Below, piece after piece: positions 26,749 to 35,599 of a stretch of DNA of 64,000 nucleotides. The position numbers were made by a program, and so were the translations under genes. Source of the stretch: Acidobacteriota bacterium (lineage in GTDB: Bacteria > Acidobacteriota > Vicinamibacteria > Fen-336 > JAGNNV01); the NCBI GenBank assembly GCA_032127745.1, contig JAQBHL010000041.1, positions 10,230-74,229 of the forward strand. Direction: 5' to 3'. Each line of letters opens with the position of its first letter. Position 1 is the first letter of the stretch. The notes below the pieces were generated by a model that was not told the origin of the DNA, did not search any database, and saw nothing but the letters and a program-made list of their open reading frames with translations.

Positions 26749-27504
26749 TTGCGAGGCCGAACACCAGGGAAGGTAGCCCGGGGGTTGACGCTGTTCTGGA
26801 CCAGGACGTGGGATGCGCTCGCCGGGGCGCTGTTCCCGACCCCGTGCGTTTCGTGTGGCGGACTGATCGCTGCTCATGACCCTCCCTTGTGCGCGCTCTG
26901 CTGGGATCGGCTTCCCCTGATCGAGGGAGTTCAGTGCTCCTGTGGTACGCCCCTGCCGGGGTCTTGGGGTGAAGATTGCGGTCGGTGCCGGCGAGGCCGC
27001 TCGGTGATTTCAAGGGGCGCGTCTTTCGGGTTCTATGGCGGGCCCTTGCGCGACTGCGTGGTCGCTCTCAAATACCACGGCCGGCACAAAGCTGCGAAGC
27101 GCCTGGCCGTCCGGTTGCTCGAGAATGGCCGGTGCCGGGAGATTCTTGAGCGCGCCGATTTGATCGTCGCCGTGCCGCTGCACCCGGACCGGCTTCGCCA
27201 TCGGGGATTCAATCAGGCCGGGCTCATAGCCGCCGCTCTCGGGGAAGCCGGCCCGGGGTTCGTCTCGCACTGTCTGGTGCGAACCAGGAATACCCGTTCC
27301 CAGACCGATCTGGGAGCTCGAGAACGGCGGCTTAACGTCCTGAACGCGTTCTCGGTCCAGCCCGATCCGGCTCTGCAAAGCGCCACCGTGGTCCTCGTCG
27401 ATGACGTCATCACCACGGGCGCGACCCTCCGCGAGTGTGGGGCGACTCTCCTGGCCCACGGGGCCCGTGAAGTTCGGTCGATCACGGTGGCGCGAGCAGA
27501 ATAG
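26749..27504 (+). CDS. ComF-family protein (phosphoribosyltransferase domain)
   Basis: N-terminal Cys pairs (CVSCG..CALC, CSCG..CGRC), C-terminal ..VVLVDDVITTGATL... Confidence 0.85.
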   Translation: MRGRTPGKVARGLTLFWTRTWDALAGALFPTPCVSCGGLIAAHDPPLCALCWDRLPLIEGVQCSCGTPLPGSWGEDCGRCRRGRSVISRGASFGFYGGPLRDCVVALKYHGRHKAAKRLAVRLLENGRCREILERADLIVAVPLHPDRLRHRGFNQAGLIAAALGEAGPGFVSHCLVRTRNTRSQTDLGARERRLNVLNAFSVQPDPALQSATVVLVDDVITTGATLRECGATLLAHGAREVRSITVARAE

Positions 27505-27535
27505 GGTGTCAAAAGACGTCACTCGGAGGAAATTG

Positions 27536-28342
27536 ATGAAACTGACGACTCTCTCGCGGCTCGGCCTTTCTATTCTGATCGCCCTTCTGCCCGGACCTTC
27601 ATTCGCCTGGAGCGATGCAATCTACCGGCTGGTGTTGCGAAAGGCCATCGACACCCTGCCCAAGGCCCAGAAGAAGTATTTCGAGTCACATCGATACGAG
27701 ATGCCGAGCCTCATTCCCGATGAAGATCCACCCATTCGACCCGAAGGCCGGCGTTTTGCGATCGACGCCTTTGGGGCCTATCCCTTCAATGACGTGCCTC
27801 GAGACGAGGCCGCGTTGAAGGCCAAGGGCGATCCGGAGGTGATCGGGCGGCTCCCCTTCCTGCTCATGGAGGCCCAGGGTCGTCTCATCGAGGCGTTCAA
27901 GAGCGGCGACAAGGAAAGGATCCTCGTGGAGGCGGACGCGGTGGGCGTCCTGGCCACCGACCTCAACAATCCTCTGGCCCTTTCGGAGAATTTCGACGGA
28001 CAGAAGACGGATCAACCCGGCCTTTCAAAGCGGTTCACCTCCCGGGTGGGGGAAAGCATGGAGGGACGGCTGAAGCTGAACCCCGAAGCCGCGCGGCTTC
28101 TGGACGATCCGCAGGGGTACATCTTCGGAACCATGGTCCGGAATCATGTCTGGGTGGACAACATCCTTTACGCGGACAACCTCGCCCATCGCGGCAAGTC
28201 CAGTTACAGTGGCGCATACTTCGAGGCGCTTGAACTCCGCGCGGGGCGGATTCTGAGCGACATTCTCTCCAGCGCCGCCGCCGACGTGGGCAGCTTCTGG
28301 TATACCGCGTGGACCGAAGCGGGACGGCCTGAACTGCGCTGA
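27536..28342 (+). CDS. Hypothetical secreted protein
   Basis: Signal peptide MKLTTLSRLGLSILIALLPGPSFA. The mature domain is unrecognised; any similarity to a phospholipase C/P1 nuclease-type fold is only speculative. Confidence 0.6.
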   Translation: MKLTTLSRLGLSILIALLPGPSFAWSDAIYRLVLRKAIDTLPKAQKKYFESHRYEMPSLIPDEDPPIRPEGRRFAIDAFGAYPFNDVPRDEAALKAKGDPEVIGRLPFLLMEAQGRLIEAFKSGDKERILVEADAVGVLATDLNNPLALSENFDGQKTDQPGLSKRFTSRVGESMEGRLKLNPEAARLLDDPQGYIFGTMVRNHVWVDNILYADNLAHRGKSSYSGAYFEALELRAGRILSDILSSAAADVGSFWYTAWTEAGRPELR

Positions 28343-28401
28343 CCTTCGGGCCCCTTCTTTCCGACTTCACCCCCACCCGAATTTCAAGATCCATCTCCAA
28401 A

Positions 28402-28983
28402 GTGCTCCCCCCCCGAACCGAACCGCGGCCCGAGGACGTCATCATGGTCGCGAGGTGCCTGGAGGGGGACGGCGCCTCCTGGGAGACGCTGTTGGAGAAA
28501 CACCGGCGGCGCGTCTTCAACATCGCGTACAAATTCACCGGGCGTCACGATCGCGCCGAGGATCTTTCTCAGGAAATCTTCCTCCGCATCTTCAAGAACC
28601 TCGGCAAGTTCGACCCCGCCGCCGATTTCTCGAAGTGGCTCGCATCCGTGGCCAGGAACCACTGTATCGACAACTACCGCTCGACCCGGCGAGAGCAGCG
28701 AACCATGGTGGATGACGGCCTGGCCTTCGATCAGGCGGTGGCGTCGTCGTCCACCGACCCCTTTCGGTCCCTGGAGGCCTCGGAGGCGAAGGAGTTCCTC
28801 CGAATCGGCCTCGCCGCCCTCCCGGAGAAGCTGAGGGAGGCGGTGGTTCTAAGGGATCTCAGGGGCCTTGCTTATGAAGAGATGGCCGTGAGACTCTCGC
28901 TACCGGTCGGAACAATCAAGAGTCGGATCAATCGAGGACGCGAAGAGCTGGCGCGCGCCCTCCGCGCGAAGGGGCCCCGATAG
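28402..28983 (+). CDS. ECF (group 4) sigma-70 family RNA polymerase sigma factor
   Basis: Region 2 ..AEDLSQEIFLRIFKNLGKFD.. and region 4 ..REAVVLRDLRGLAYEEMAVRLSLPVGTIKSRINRGREEL... The start may be Met15 at 28444. Confidence 0.9.
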   Translation: MLPPRTEPRPEDVIMVARCLEGDGASWETLLEKHRRRVFNIAYKFTGRHDRAEDLSQEIFLRIFKNLGKFDPAADFSKWLASVARNHCIDNYRSTRREQRTMVDDGLAFDQAVASSSTDPFRSLEASEAKEFLRIGLAALPEKLREAVVLRDLRGLAYEEMAVRLSLPVGTIKSRINRGREELARALRAKGPR

Positions 28984-29000
28984 GCTTATGAGACACTTGC

Positions 29001-29372
29001 TTGAAGGAGAAGACCGTGGATCTTTTGATTGAGAAGAACGGCGCCACGACGGTCATACGTATCCAGACCGCGCGCGTGATCTATCCCCTGCTTCCGGCCC
29101 TGGTCGAGAAGACAAAGGCCGAGGTGGAGGGAGGAGCCCGCTCCCTGGTCCTCGATCTGGCCGCGGTGTCCTACATCGACAGCGCGACCATCGGATGCAT
29201 CATGGACATCTACAGACTCGCCCAGGAACAAGGCGGGGCGCTCCACATCCTGGCGCCCCAGGCCCGGGTGGAGACCATGCTGTCGATGGCCGGGGTTCAC
29301 AAGATCGTCCCCATTTTCCGCGAGGAAGAGGAAGCGGTTCGGGCGTTCGCGCCTTCTTCAGGAAGACAATAA
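29001..29372 (+). CDS. STAS-domain anti-sigma-factor antagonist (SpoIIAA-like)
   Basis: ..LVLDLAAVSYIDSATIGCIMDIYRLAQEQGG... Confidence 0.85.
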   Translation: MKEKTVDLLIEKNGATTVIRIQTARVIYPLLPALVEKTKAEVEGGARSLVLDLAAVSYIDSATIGCIMDIYRLAQEQGGALHILAPQARVETMLSMAGVHKIVPIFREEEEAVRAFAPSSGRQ

Positions 29373-29710
29373 TGCCGAAGACACGGAGCGTCCGACTGTC
29401 GACCGGCTTCAAAGTGCCGCTGGATGGCGATCTGCTCGCCATTATCGAGGCCCTCTACCAGGAAGTCACGATCGCGAACGTCTTGAACCCTTCCTTCGAG
29501 AGGATGCGGTCAGAAATCCTCTCTCTGATCGGCCAGATGAGCCCCGCCGAGCGCCAGTCCTACCTCGCGGAGTCCCTCTTTCTCAACTCGGTCAACTACG
29601 AGAACGAGATGCTTTCGGCCTACGTCCGGCGGCTGGGAGCCAAAGCCCCGGCCCCCGCGACAAGGAGGAAACCTTCGACCGCCCAACCCAGGGCTTCAAA
29701 GGCCCGCTAG
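29372..29710 (+). CDS. Small hypothetical protein (112 aa) translationally coupled to the STAS gene
   Basis: Its ATG overlaps the upstream TAA (TAATG); MPKTRSVRLSTGFKVPLDGDLLAIIEALYQ... I recognise no family. Confidence 0.5.
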   Translation: MPKTRSVRLSTGFKVPLDGDLLAIIEALYQEVTIANVLNPSFERMRSEILSLIGQMSPAERQSYLAESLFLNSVNYENEMLSAYVRRLGAKAPAPATRRKPSTAQPRASKAR

Positions 29711-29794
29711 TGTCCTGCCTCGCAGGTCAGGGTTAGGACTCTGGCCGCCCGGGGCTCTTGGGCGCCCCGGGTCTGGCGATTGGGACGGGGTGTC

Positions 29795-30829
29795 TTAGCT
29801 CGACGTGACCGCGGCGGCGGCTCTCGCCTTTTCGGCGAGCTCCTCATCCTGCTGCTTCTTCAACTCGCCGGCCTGCTTCTGCAGGACCTGCGCCTCTTCC
29901 AGAAGGCTGTTCCGGGTGGCCGGATTGGTGGTCAGCTTGGCCTGCTCGCGAAGCAGCAGGCCCTTGTAGACGAGGGCTTCCACGAAGTCGCTCTTGAGAC
30001 CGAGGGCCTTGTTCACGAACTCCATTCCCTCGTCGGCAAGCCCTTTCTTCTGGGCGGGACTGAGATCGGGCGCGCGGTAGCACTGATCCCAATAGTAGGT
30101 GGCCACGGTGTAGAAGCCCTTGGGGTCGGTGGCGTCGAGCTCCGCGCACACCTTCAGCTGGTTTACGGCGTCGTCAAAACGACCCGCGCCCGACATGCCG
30201 TCTTCGACCGGGGTGCCGGTTTCGTCCCAGAGGGTCTTGTTGTAGAAACCCGCCAGCGCGCCGCAGGCCTTCGGGTCTTTCGGCGCGAGGGCGAAGGCCT
30301 TCTTGTAGGCTTCTTCGGCCTCGTTGACCTTGCCGAATTTCTCGTAGAGATTGGCCATGGAGAACATGTACTGAAGGTTGTTCGGCTCGGCGCTGGTGAG
30401 TTCCACGGCGTAGGTCATGGAGGTGTCGAAGTCGCGGTAGGGGTCTTCGGCATAGATCGAGGTGAGGGCAGTGAGCGCATTGCGCTTCAAGGTGGGGTAT
30501 TTGGGATCGTCAGTGGACGCGGAGGAGGCGAGAACCGCCTTGTAGTCCTTCACTGCGTCCTCCAGGTTGACCATAGTGTCGTCCTTACCGGGGCGGTACA
30601 GCTGCTGGTAGGAACTGCCGCGATAGAAAACGGCTTCGGTGTTGGCGGGCTCGAGCTCGATCACCAGGTTGTACTCGTCGATCGCTTTTCGGAAGCTCTC
30701 GTCCTTGTAGAGCCGGTGTCCCTCGTGAAGGGCCGCCCGGGACTGAATTCGAGCACAATTCAATACGGGAATGGCAAGGAGAACAATGACCAGGGTTCGA
30801 ATCGCGTGCCGCATTTTGGTTTCTTTCAA
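29795..30829 (-). CDS. TPR-repeat lipoprotein
   Basis: Signal peptide plus ..VLNCAR.. lipobox; multiple TPR-like motifs (..AVFYRGSSYQQL.., ..MFSMANLYEKFGKVNEAEEAYKKAFALAP..). Confidence 0.8.
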   Translation of the reverse strand: MKETKMRHAIRTLVIVLLAIPVLNCARIQSRAALHEGHRLYKDESFRKAIDEYNLVIELEPANTEAVFYRGSSYQQLYRPGKDDTMVNLEDAVKDYKAVLASSASTDDPKYPTLKRNALTALTSIYAEDPYRDFDTSMTYAVELTSAEPNNLQYMFSMANLYEKFGKVNEAEEAYKKAFALAPKDPKACGALAGFYNKTLWDETGTPVEDGMSGAGRFDDAVNQLKVCAELDATDPKGFYTVATYYWDQCYRAPDLSPAQKKGLADEGMEFVNKALGLKSDFVEALVYKGLLLREQAKLTTNPATRNSLLEEAQVLQKQAGELKKQQDEELAEKARAAAAVTSS

Positions 30830-31107
30830 AGGACTGTCCTCGCAGCGACCGCTTGGTCCGGTCGGTGAGTGTTTTGGGGCTTCGTTCTCCTAGAAGGGCG
30901 ACCCGTCGTCAAACAAGACGTTCGGCCCGGGGAGGATGGATCGGTTGCGACAAAAGTGGACGTATTCTTGGATTGTAGGGCAGCGATCAAAGTTCCGTCA
31001 ACGATTCAAGTGTTTGGCGCGTCTTCCGTCTGTGCGTTCGACCAAGGCATTTTATGCCTTCGGGCGGCTGCGGCCAAAGAAAGTGCAGCAAATTGCGCGG
31101 GGAATCG

Positions 31108-31137
31108 TTGACAGTGTTTCATCGCGGTGTCTAGAAT
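31108..31137 (+). promoter_or_regulatory. Candidate sigma70 promoter TTGACA-N18-TAGAAT upstream of tonB-exbB-exbD-exbD
   Basis: cgTTGACAgtgtttcatcgcggtgtcTAGAATcc, about 110 nt upstream of the tonB ATG. A 6-1-6 palindrome CTTCAAcTTGAAG lies in the leader (about 31215-31227). Confidence 0.5.
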
Positions 31138-31247
31138 CCCCGCACTTCAATTTCGACGAGAACCTTCTCGATTGGTTCTTCACCGTATCCACCATCGGAA
31201 CGTCTCTTGGTCTTCAACTTGAAGTTAAGGCAAGGGCGAGGTAACAG

Positions 31248-31958
31248 ATGGAACGAAAACTTTTCGCAGACCTGGTTGAATCGGACGGCAAGGCTCACAA
31301 GCCAAAGAGGAGTCTTGTCTTCATCATCTCTCTGAGCCTCCATGTGGGCGGGTTGCTGGCTTTGTTCATCGTTCCGCTGCTTCAGGCCCAGGAACTTCCC
31401 GAACCCGCGGCCGCCGTGAAGGCCTTCTTTGTGGAGCCCGCCGCACCCCCGCCACCACCACCGCCGCCGCCACCACCCAAGCCGCAGGTCGCACGAGTGG
31501 CTCCGCCTCCACCGCCTCAGGAGACACGGTTCATCGCCCCGGTGGAGGTGCCCCAGGAGATCAAGCCCTCGACCAGCGGTATTGATCTTTCCGGGGGTGA
31601 AGGCGTCGCCGGTGGAGTGGCGGGTGGAATCGTGGGCGGACTGCCCCCGGCTCCGACGCCGCCGCCGGTCCAGGCGGTGCGCGTGGGTGGCAATATTAAA
31701 GAGCCCACCAAAATCAAGAACGTCGCCCCCGTCTATCCCGATATCGCCAAACAGGCCAGAGTTCAGGGAATTGTCATTCTCGAATGCACGATCAGTCCTC
31801 AGGGCCGGGTCACCGACGTGAAGGTGCTGCGCGGCATCCCTCTGCTGGATCAGGCGGGTATCGATGCGGTCAAGCAGTGGCAGTACACTCCCACGCTTCT
31901 GAACGGCGTGCCCGTGCCGGTTATCATGACCGTGACCGTCAACTTCAGGCTCAACTAG
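31248..31958 (+). CDS. tonB: TonB-family energy transducer
   Basis: N-terminal TM, PPPPPPPPPPPKP spacer, C-terminal ..YPDIAKQARVQGIVILECTISPQGRVTDVKVLRG... Confidence 0.85.
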   Translation: MERKLFADLVESDGKAHKPKRSLVFIISLSLHVGGLLALFIVPLLQAQELPEPAAAVKAFFVEPAAPPPPPPPPPPPKPQVARVAPPPPPQETRFIAPVEVPQEIKPSTSGIDLSGGEGVAGGVAGGIVGGLPPAPTPPPVQAVRVGGNIKEPTKIKNVAPVYPDIAKQARVQGIVILECTISPQGRVTDVKVLRGIPLLDQAGIDAVKQWQYTPTLLNGVPVPVIMTVTVNFRLN

Positions 31959-32056
31959 CTGCACCTCGTCCCCAAAAAGGGGATTCCCACTTCACCCCCG
32001 TTTCCTCCGCACCAACGATCCTCTCAAACAAAATCGACCTCTAGGAGTCTTTCAAC

Positions 32057-32728
32057 ATGCAATTCGATTTACCACATCTCTGGGCCAGCATGGGCTTGGT
32101 TGCCAAGGGTGTTGTCTTCACCCTCCTCATCATGTCCATCTGGTCGATCGCGATCATGTTTGACCGCTGGAAGCTCTACTCCAGCGCCAGGACCCAGTCC
32201 CGGAAGTACGCGGCCGATGTGGCTCGTCTCCTGAAGGCCGGAAAGTTGAAGGAGGCGGTGGATCTTTCGAGTTCGGCCGGCGTGAAGTCTTCCCACCTCG
32301 CCAAGGTCTCGCTCGCGGGGCTTCAGGAATGGCAGTTCCAGGGCGCCACCGGTGAGACCGATAAAGACGAGGCTCTCGAGGCGGCCAAGCGCGCCATGCA
32401 GCGGGCCACCTCGGTCAATCTGGCGGAGCTCAAGAAGGGCCTCTCCTTCCTGGCCACCACCGGCGCCACCGCGCCCTTCGTGGGTCTTTTCGGGACGACC
32501 TTCGGCATCATCAACGCCTTCGCCGGTATGGCCCTCACGGGTTCGGGCGGAATCGGCGCGATCGCCGGCGGTATTGCGGAAGCTCTCATCACCACCGCGC
32601 TCGGGCTGATCGTGGCCATCGTCGCGGTCTGGGCGTACAACTACTTCTCCGGCCAGGTGGACGGTTTCACGGTCGAGATGGACAACTCGGGCTCCGAGTT
32701 GCTCGATTTCGTGAAGAAGAGCGCCTAG
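32057..32728 (+). CDS. exbB: MotA/TolQ/ExbB proton-channel protein
   Basis: Three TM segments; ..TTGATAPFVGLFGTTFGIINAF... Confidence 0.9.
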   Translation: MQFDLPHLWASMGLVAKGVVFTLLIMSIWSIAIMFDRWKLYSSARTQSRKYAADVARLLKAGKLKEAVDLSSSAGVKSSHLAKVSLAGLQEWQFQGATGETDKDEALEAAKRAMQRATSVNLAELKKGLSFLATTGATAPFVGLFGTTFGIINAFAGMALTGSGGIGAIAGGIAEALITTALGLIVAIVAVWAYNYFSGQVDGFTVEMDNSGSELLDFVKKSA

Positions 32729-32834
32729 CCGCCGCCTGAGAGCCCCCCGGCGCGGCCGCCACCTTGGCGGTTGTCGGCTTGGGGGGCCTCCTCTGGCTCC
32801 CGCTTATTTCTTTCTACGGAGGCTCGTAACAAAC

Positions 32835-33266
32835 ATGTCGATGGCAGTTGGCGAAAAGAAGGGCGGACCGCTCGCGGACATCAACGTGACGCCCATGGCC
32901 GACGTAATGATCGTGCTCCTGATCATCTTCATGGTGATCACTCCCTTGATCAACAAGGGAATCGATGTCGAACTCCCCAAGGCCGCGCACACCACGGTGC
33001 GCAAGGACGATCCCGACAGCATTCAGATCGGGTTCACCAGAGGCTTCACCATCTATTTCAGGGGGGTTAAGGTGGAAGGTGGAACCGTGGAACTCCTGCA
33101 GCGGATCAAGGCCGCGCTCGACGAAAAGGCGGACACCGAGAAAGTGGCCTATCTCAAGGCGGATATCAATATGGAATACGGGGAAGTGATGAAGATCATG
33201 GATGTCTGTCGCGAGGCGGGCATTGAAGAGATCGCCCTCATTTCCGAAGCCAAGGTGGAGGGCTAA
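32835..33266 (+). CDS. exbD: Biopolymer transport protein ExbD/TolR
   Basis: ..INVTPMADVMIVLLIIFMV... Confidence 0.9.
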   Translation: MSMAVGEKKGGPLADINVTPMADVMIVLLIIFMVITPLINKGIDVELPKAAHTTVRKDDPDSIQIGFTRGFTIYFRGVKVEGGTVELLQRIKAALDEKADTEKVAYLKADINMEYGEVMKIMDVCREAGIEEIALISEAKVEG

Positions 33267-33270
33267 ACCG

Positions 33271-33729
33271 GTGGCGCAAGTGAAGAAGAAGGTCAAGCAC
33301 CAGGAGGCCCACTACCAGAAGGGTCCGGCCTCGGTTTCGGACATCAACATCACCCCTCTCATCGATGTCATGCTGGTTCTGCTCATCATCTTCATGATCG
33401 TGACGCCGACCGCGCAGAAGGGGGTCGACATCGCTCTCCCTCAGGACAATAAGGAAGAGCAGCCCAAGCAGCAGACCGAAGTCATCGTGCTGGAGGTCGC
33501 CGAGTCGGGTTCTATCACGGTCAACAAGCTGCCCATGGCCAGCCTCGCCGAGCTGGACCAGAAGCTGAAGGATGTCTTTCAGACCCGCAACGACAAGACC
33601 ATCTTCGTCAAGGGCGCGGCCAAGTCGCTGTATGGAAAGGTGGTCGAGGCCATGGACATTGCTCGTGGAGCTGGTGTGGAAAGGGTGGGAATCATCTCGG
33701 ACACCGGAGCCGGCGCGGCGCAACCCTAA
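33271..33729 (+). CDS. exbD: Second ExbD/TolR paralogue
   Basis: ..INITPLIDVMLVLLIIFMIVTP.. GTG start at 33271, just after the upstream TAA. Confidence 0.85.
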   Translation: MAQVKKKVKHQEAHYQKGPASVSDINITPLIDVMLVLLIIFMIVTPTAQKGVDIALPQDNKEEQPKQQTEVIVLEVAESGSITVNKLPMASLAELDQKLKDVFQTRNDKTIFVKGAAKSLYGKVVEAMDIARGAGVERVGIISDTGAGAAQP

Positions 33730-33767
33730 TAGCCACTAATAGCGTTGATGCTCTGAGAAGGAGCACC

Positions 33768-33802
33768 AAAAAAAGGCCCGCCTCCATTGGCGGGCTTTTT
33801 TG
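33768..33802. terminator. Rho-independent terminator (bidirectional)
   Basis: aaaaaaaGGCCCGCCtccattGGCGGGCttttttg lies between convergent exbD and lpxC. Confidence 0.8.
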
Positions 33803-33843
33803 TTTGATGGGCTTCTTCTCTTGGGAAGGGCCGGCCAGAACTC

Positions 33844-34755
33844 TCAGGCCGAAGCGACCGCGTACTCGAAGCCCGCCCCCTGGGGGGCGCTGGTTTCAAT
33901 GGACCAGGCGGCGTGGTCCTTAAGGAGCGCACCCACCAGTTCGGCATGAAGGGCGTGACCCGCGCACTGGGCGACCACCCGACCGCGAAGCCGGAAGCCC
34001 ATCAGGGCCAGATCTCCCACTACGTCGAGAGCCTTGTGTCGTACGAATTCGTCCTTCATGCGGGGATTCGACAAGAAACCGTCCTCGCCAATGACCACGG
34101 CGCTGTCCAAGGAGCCGCCCAGAGCCAGGCCGCGGGAACGCATGGCCTGTACATCCTTCAAGAAGCAGAAGGTCCGCGCAGACGAGAGCTCGTTCCGGAA
34201 ACTCTCTTCCGTGATATCGAGCGCCACCCGCTGTTTTCCCACCATGGGGTGGCTGAAGTCGATCGAATAGTCGACCTCGAAAGTGTTGGCGGGCTCGACC
34301 AGAACAAAGCGATCACCATGGGGAGAAGCGACGCGAACGGAACGGCGTACGACCAGGGTGCTTTGAAAGCCGGCAAGGTTCTTGATGCCGGCTTCATCGA
34401 TCAGATGAAGGAACATTCTCGAAGAACCGTCAAAAACCGGGACCTCCGGGCCGTCGAGCTCGACTCGCACATTGTCGATACCGGTCGCATACAGAGCGGC
34501 CAGGAGGTGCTCGACCGTCATCACCTGGGCGCCATCGCGACAGAGCGACATGGCCAGTTCCTGCTGCGCCACCCATTCGGCCCGAGCCGGAACCTCACGG
34601 CCATCAAGATCGGTGCGAACAAAGACAATCCCACTGTTGGTTGGGGCGGGCAAAAGCCGAAGCGAAACCAGCCGGCCGGAATGAAGGCCGACGCCCTGGG
34701 TTTCTACGGATCTTTGAAGGGTGCGTTGGCGCACAGTTGTACTCTGGCTTTGCAA
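33844..34755 (-). CDS. lpxC: UDP-3-O-acyl-N-acetylglucosamine deacetylase
   Basis: ..QRTLQRSVETQGVGLHSGRLVSLRLLPAPTNSGIVF..HLLAALYATGIDN.. ; TTG start. Confidence 0.95.
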   Translation of the reverse strand: MQSQSTTVRQRTLQRSVETQGVGLHSGRLVSLRLLPAPTNSGIVFVRTDLDGREVPARAEWVAQQELAMSLCRDGAQVMTVEHLLAALYATGIDNVRVELDGPEVPVFDGSSRMFLHLIDEAGIKNLAGFQSTLVVRRSVRVASPHGDRFVLVEPANTFEVDYSIDFSHPMVGKQRVALDITEESFRNELSSARTFCFLKDVQAMRSRGLALGGSLDSAVVIGEDGFLSNPRMKDEFVRHKALDVVGDLALMGFRLRGRVVAQCAGHALHAELVGALLKDHAAWSIETSAPQGAGFEYAVASA

Positions 34756-35045
34756 TTGCTGTTCCCTCCTTGTTTCATTCCTGTCGAGTCCCGTAAGTGC
34801 CTGTTAAAAATAAGCTTGAAGCTTTGATGCGATTGCAGTGTCCCTGTGGCCCCGCCACCACTGAAGGCAAGCTCTCCGTGTCCGTCCGGCCACGCGGCGG
34901 TTCTATTGGACACAGACCAAAAACCTGTGCTCTGTGGTACATTCGTCGGTCCCGCGCACCGTTTCCTTGGCCGCCGGAAGCTGCTGTCCTTGTGTAGTTT
35001 GTGTAGTTTCAGCTTCCCCTCCTGTTAGAAAGAGACCGTCACCCC

Positions 35046-35552
35046 ATGTCGAAGAAGCCCCTGGCGGATGATCGCCGCAGAGAACTCGCCACCGAAGCGT
35101 TCGCCAAACTCGTTCGCGCGGCCTTCAAGGGTGAGACCGACAAGACCGGAGAGCTCCTGGCTATCATTGAGTCCCAATTCGGGGAGGAGATCGACATCCT
35201 TGACCGGGCTCGCCGCTACGCGGCCATCGATGTCGCCCGGGGCGCGACTCGGTCGGGACGGCCCAGGAATTCCGCCGAACGGTTGCTCGCCGCCATCATG
35301 GCCTTGAACTCGGATGATCTCGACGCGGCGGAGAGGGACCTCGAGCAGGTCGTGGCCGAGGAGCCGAAGAACGCCGATGCGCATTACGTTCTCGCCATTG
35401 TCCGCGTGCGGCGGGAGAGAGTTGAGGAAGCGGTCGCCTCCCTCACTACGGCTTGCGGCCTTTCCGCGGAGCGCCGGGCCCAGGCTCCTCTGGACGCCGA
35501 GTTCGCCACCCTCGTCGGAAACCCTGACTTCGAAGCCCTGACCGCGGCCTGA
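35046..35552 (+). CDS. Hypothetical helical protein
   Basis: 168-aa ORF with good codon structure and a possible TPR-like helix pair (..NADAHYVLAIVRVRRERVEEAVASL..). Confidence 0.5.
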   Translation: MSKKPLADDRRRELATEAFAKLVRAAFKGETDKTGELLAIIESQFGEEIDILDRARRYAAIDVARGATRSGRPRNSAERLLAAIMALNSDDLDAAERDLEQVVAEEPKNADAHYVLAIVRVRRERVEEAVASLTTACGLSAERRAQAPLDAEFATLVGNPDFEALTAA

Positions 35553-35599
35553 GTGCGGACGTCCACCTCCTCTGGGTCGCCTTCCGTGCCCATGCGGTA

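Noticed and set aside
26581-29725. 15-nt exact repeat TAGTGTCCTGCCTCG immediately after the stop codons of the dksA-like gene (26581) and the 112-aa ORF (29707)
   Set aside because: About two chance 15-mer matches are expected in 64 kb of sequence, and only two copies are present, so I do not call a repeat family. Both copies are followed by GC hairpins, so a shared terminator-associated motif is possible but unsupported.
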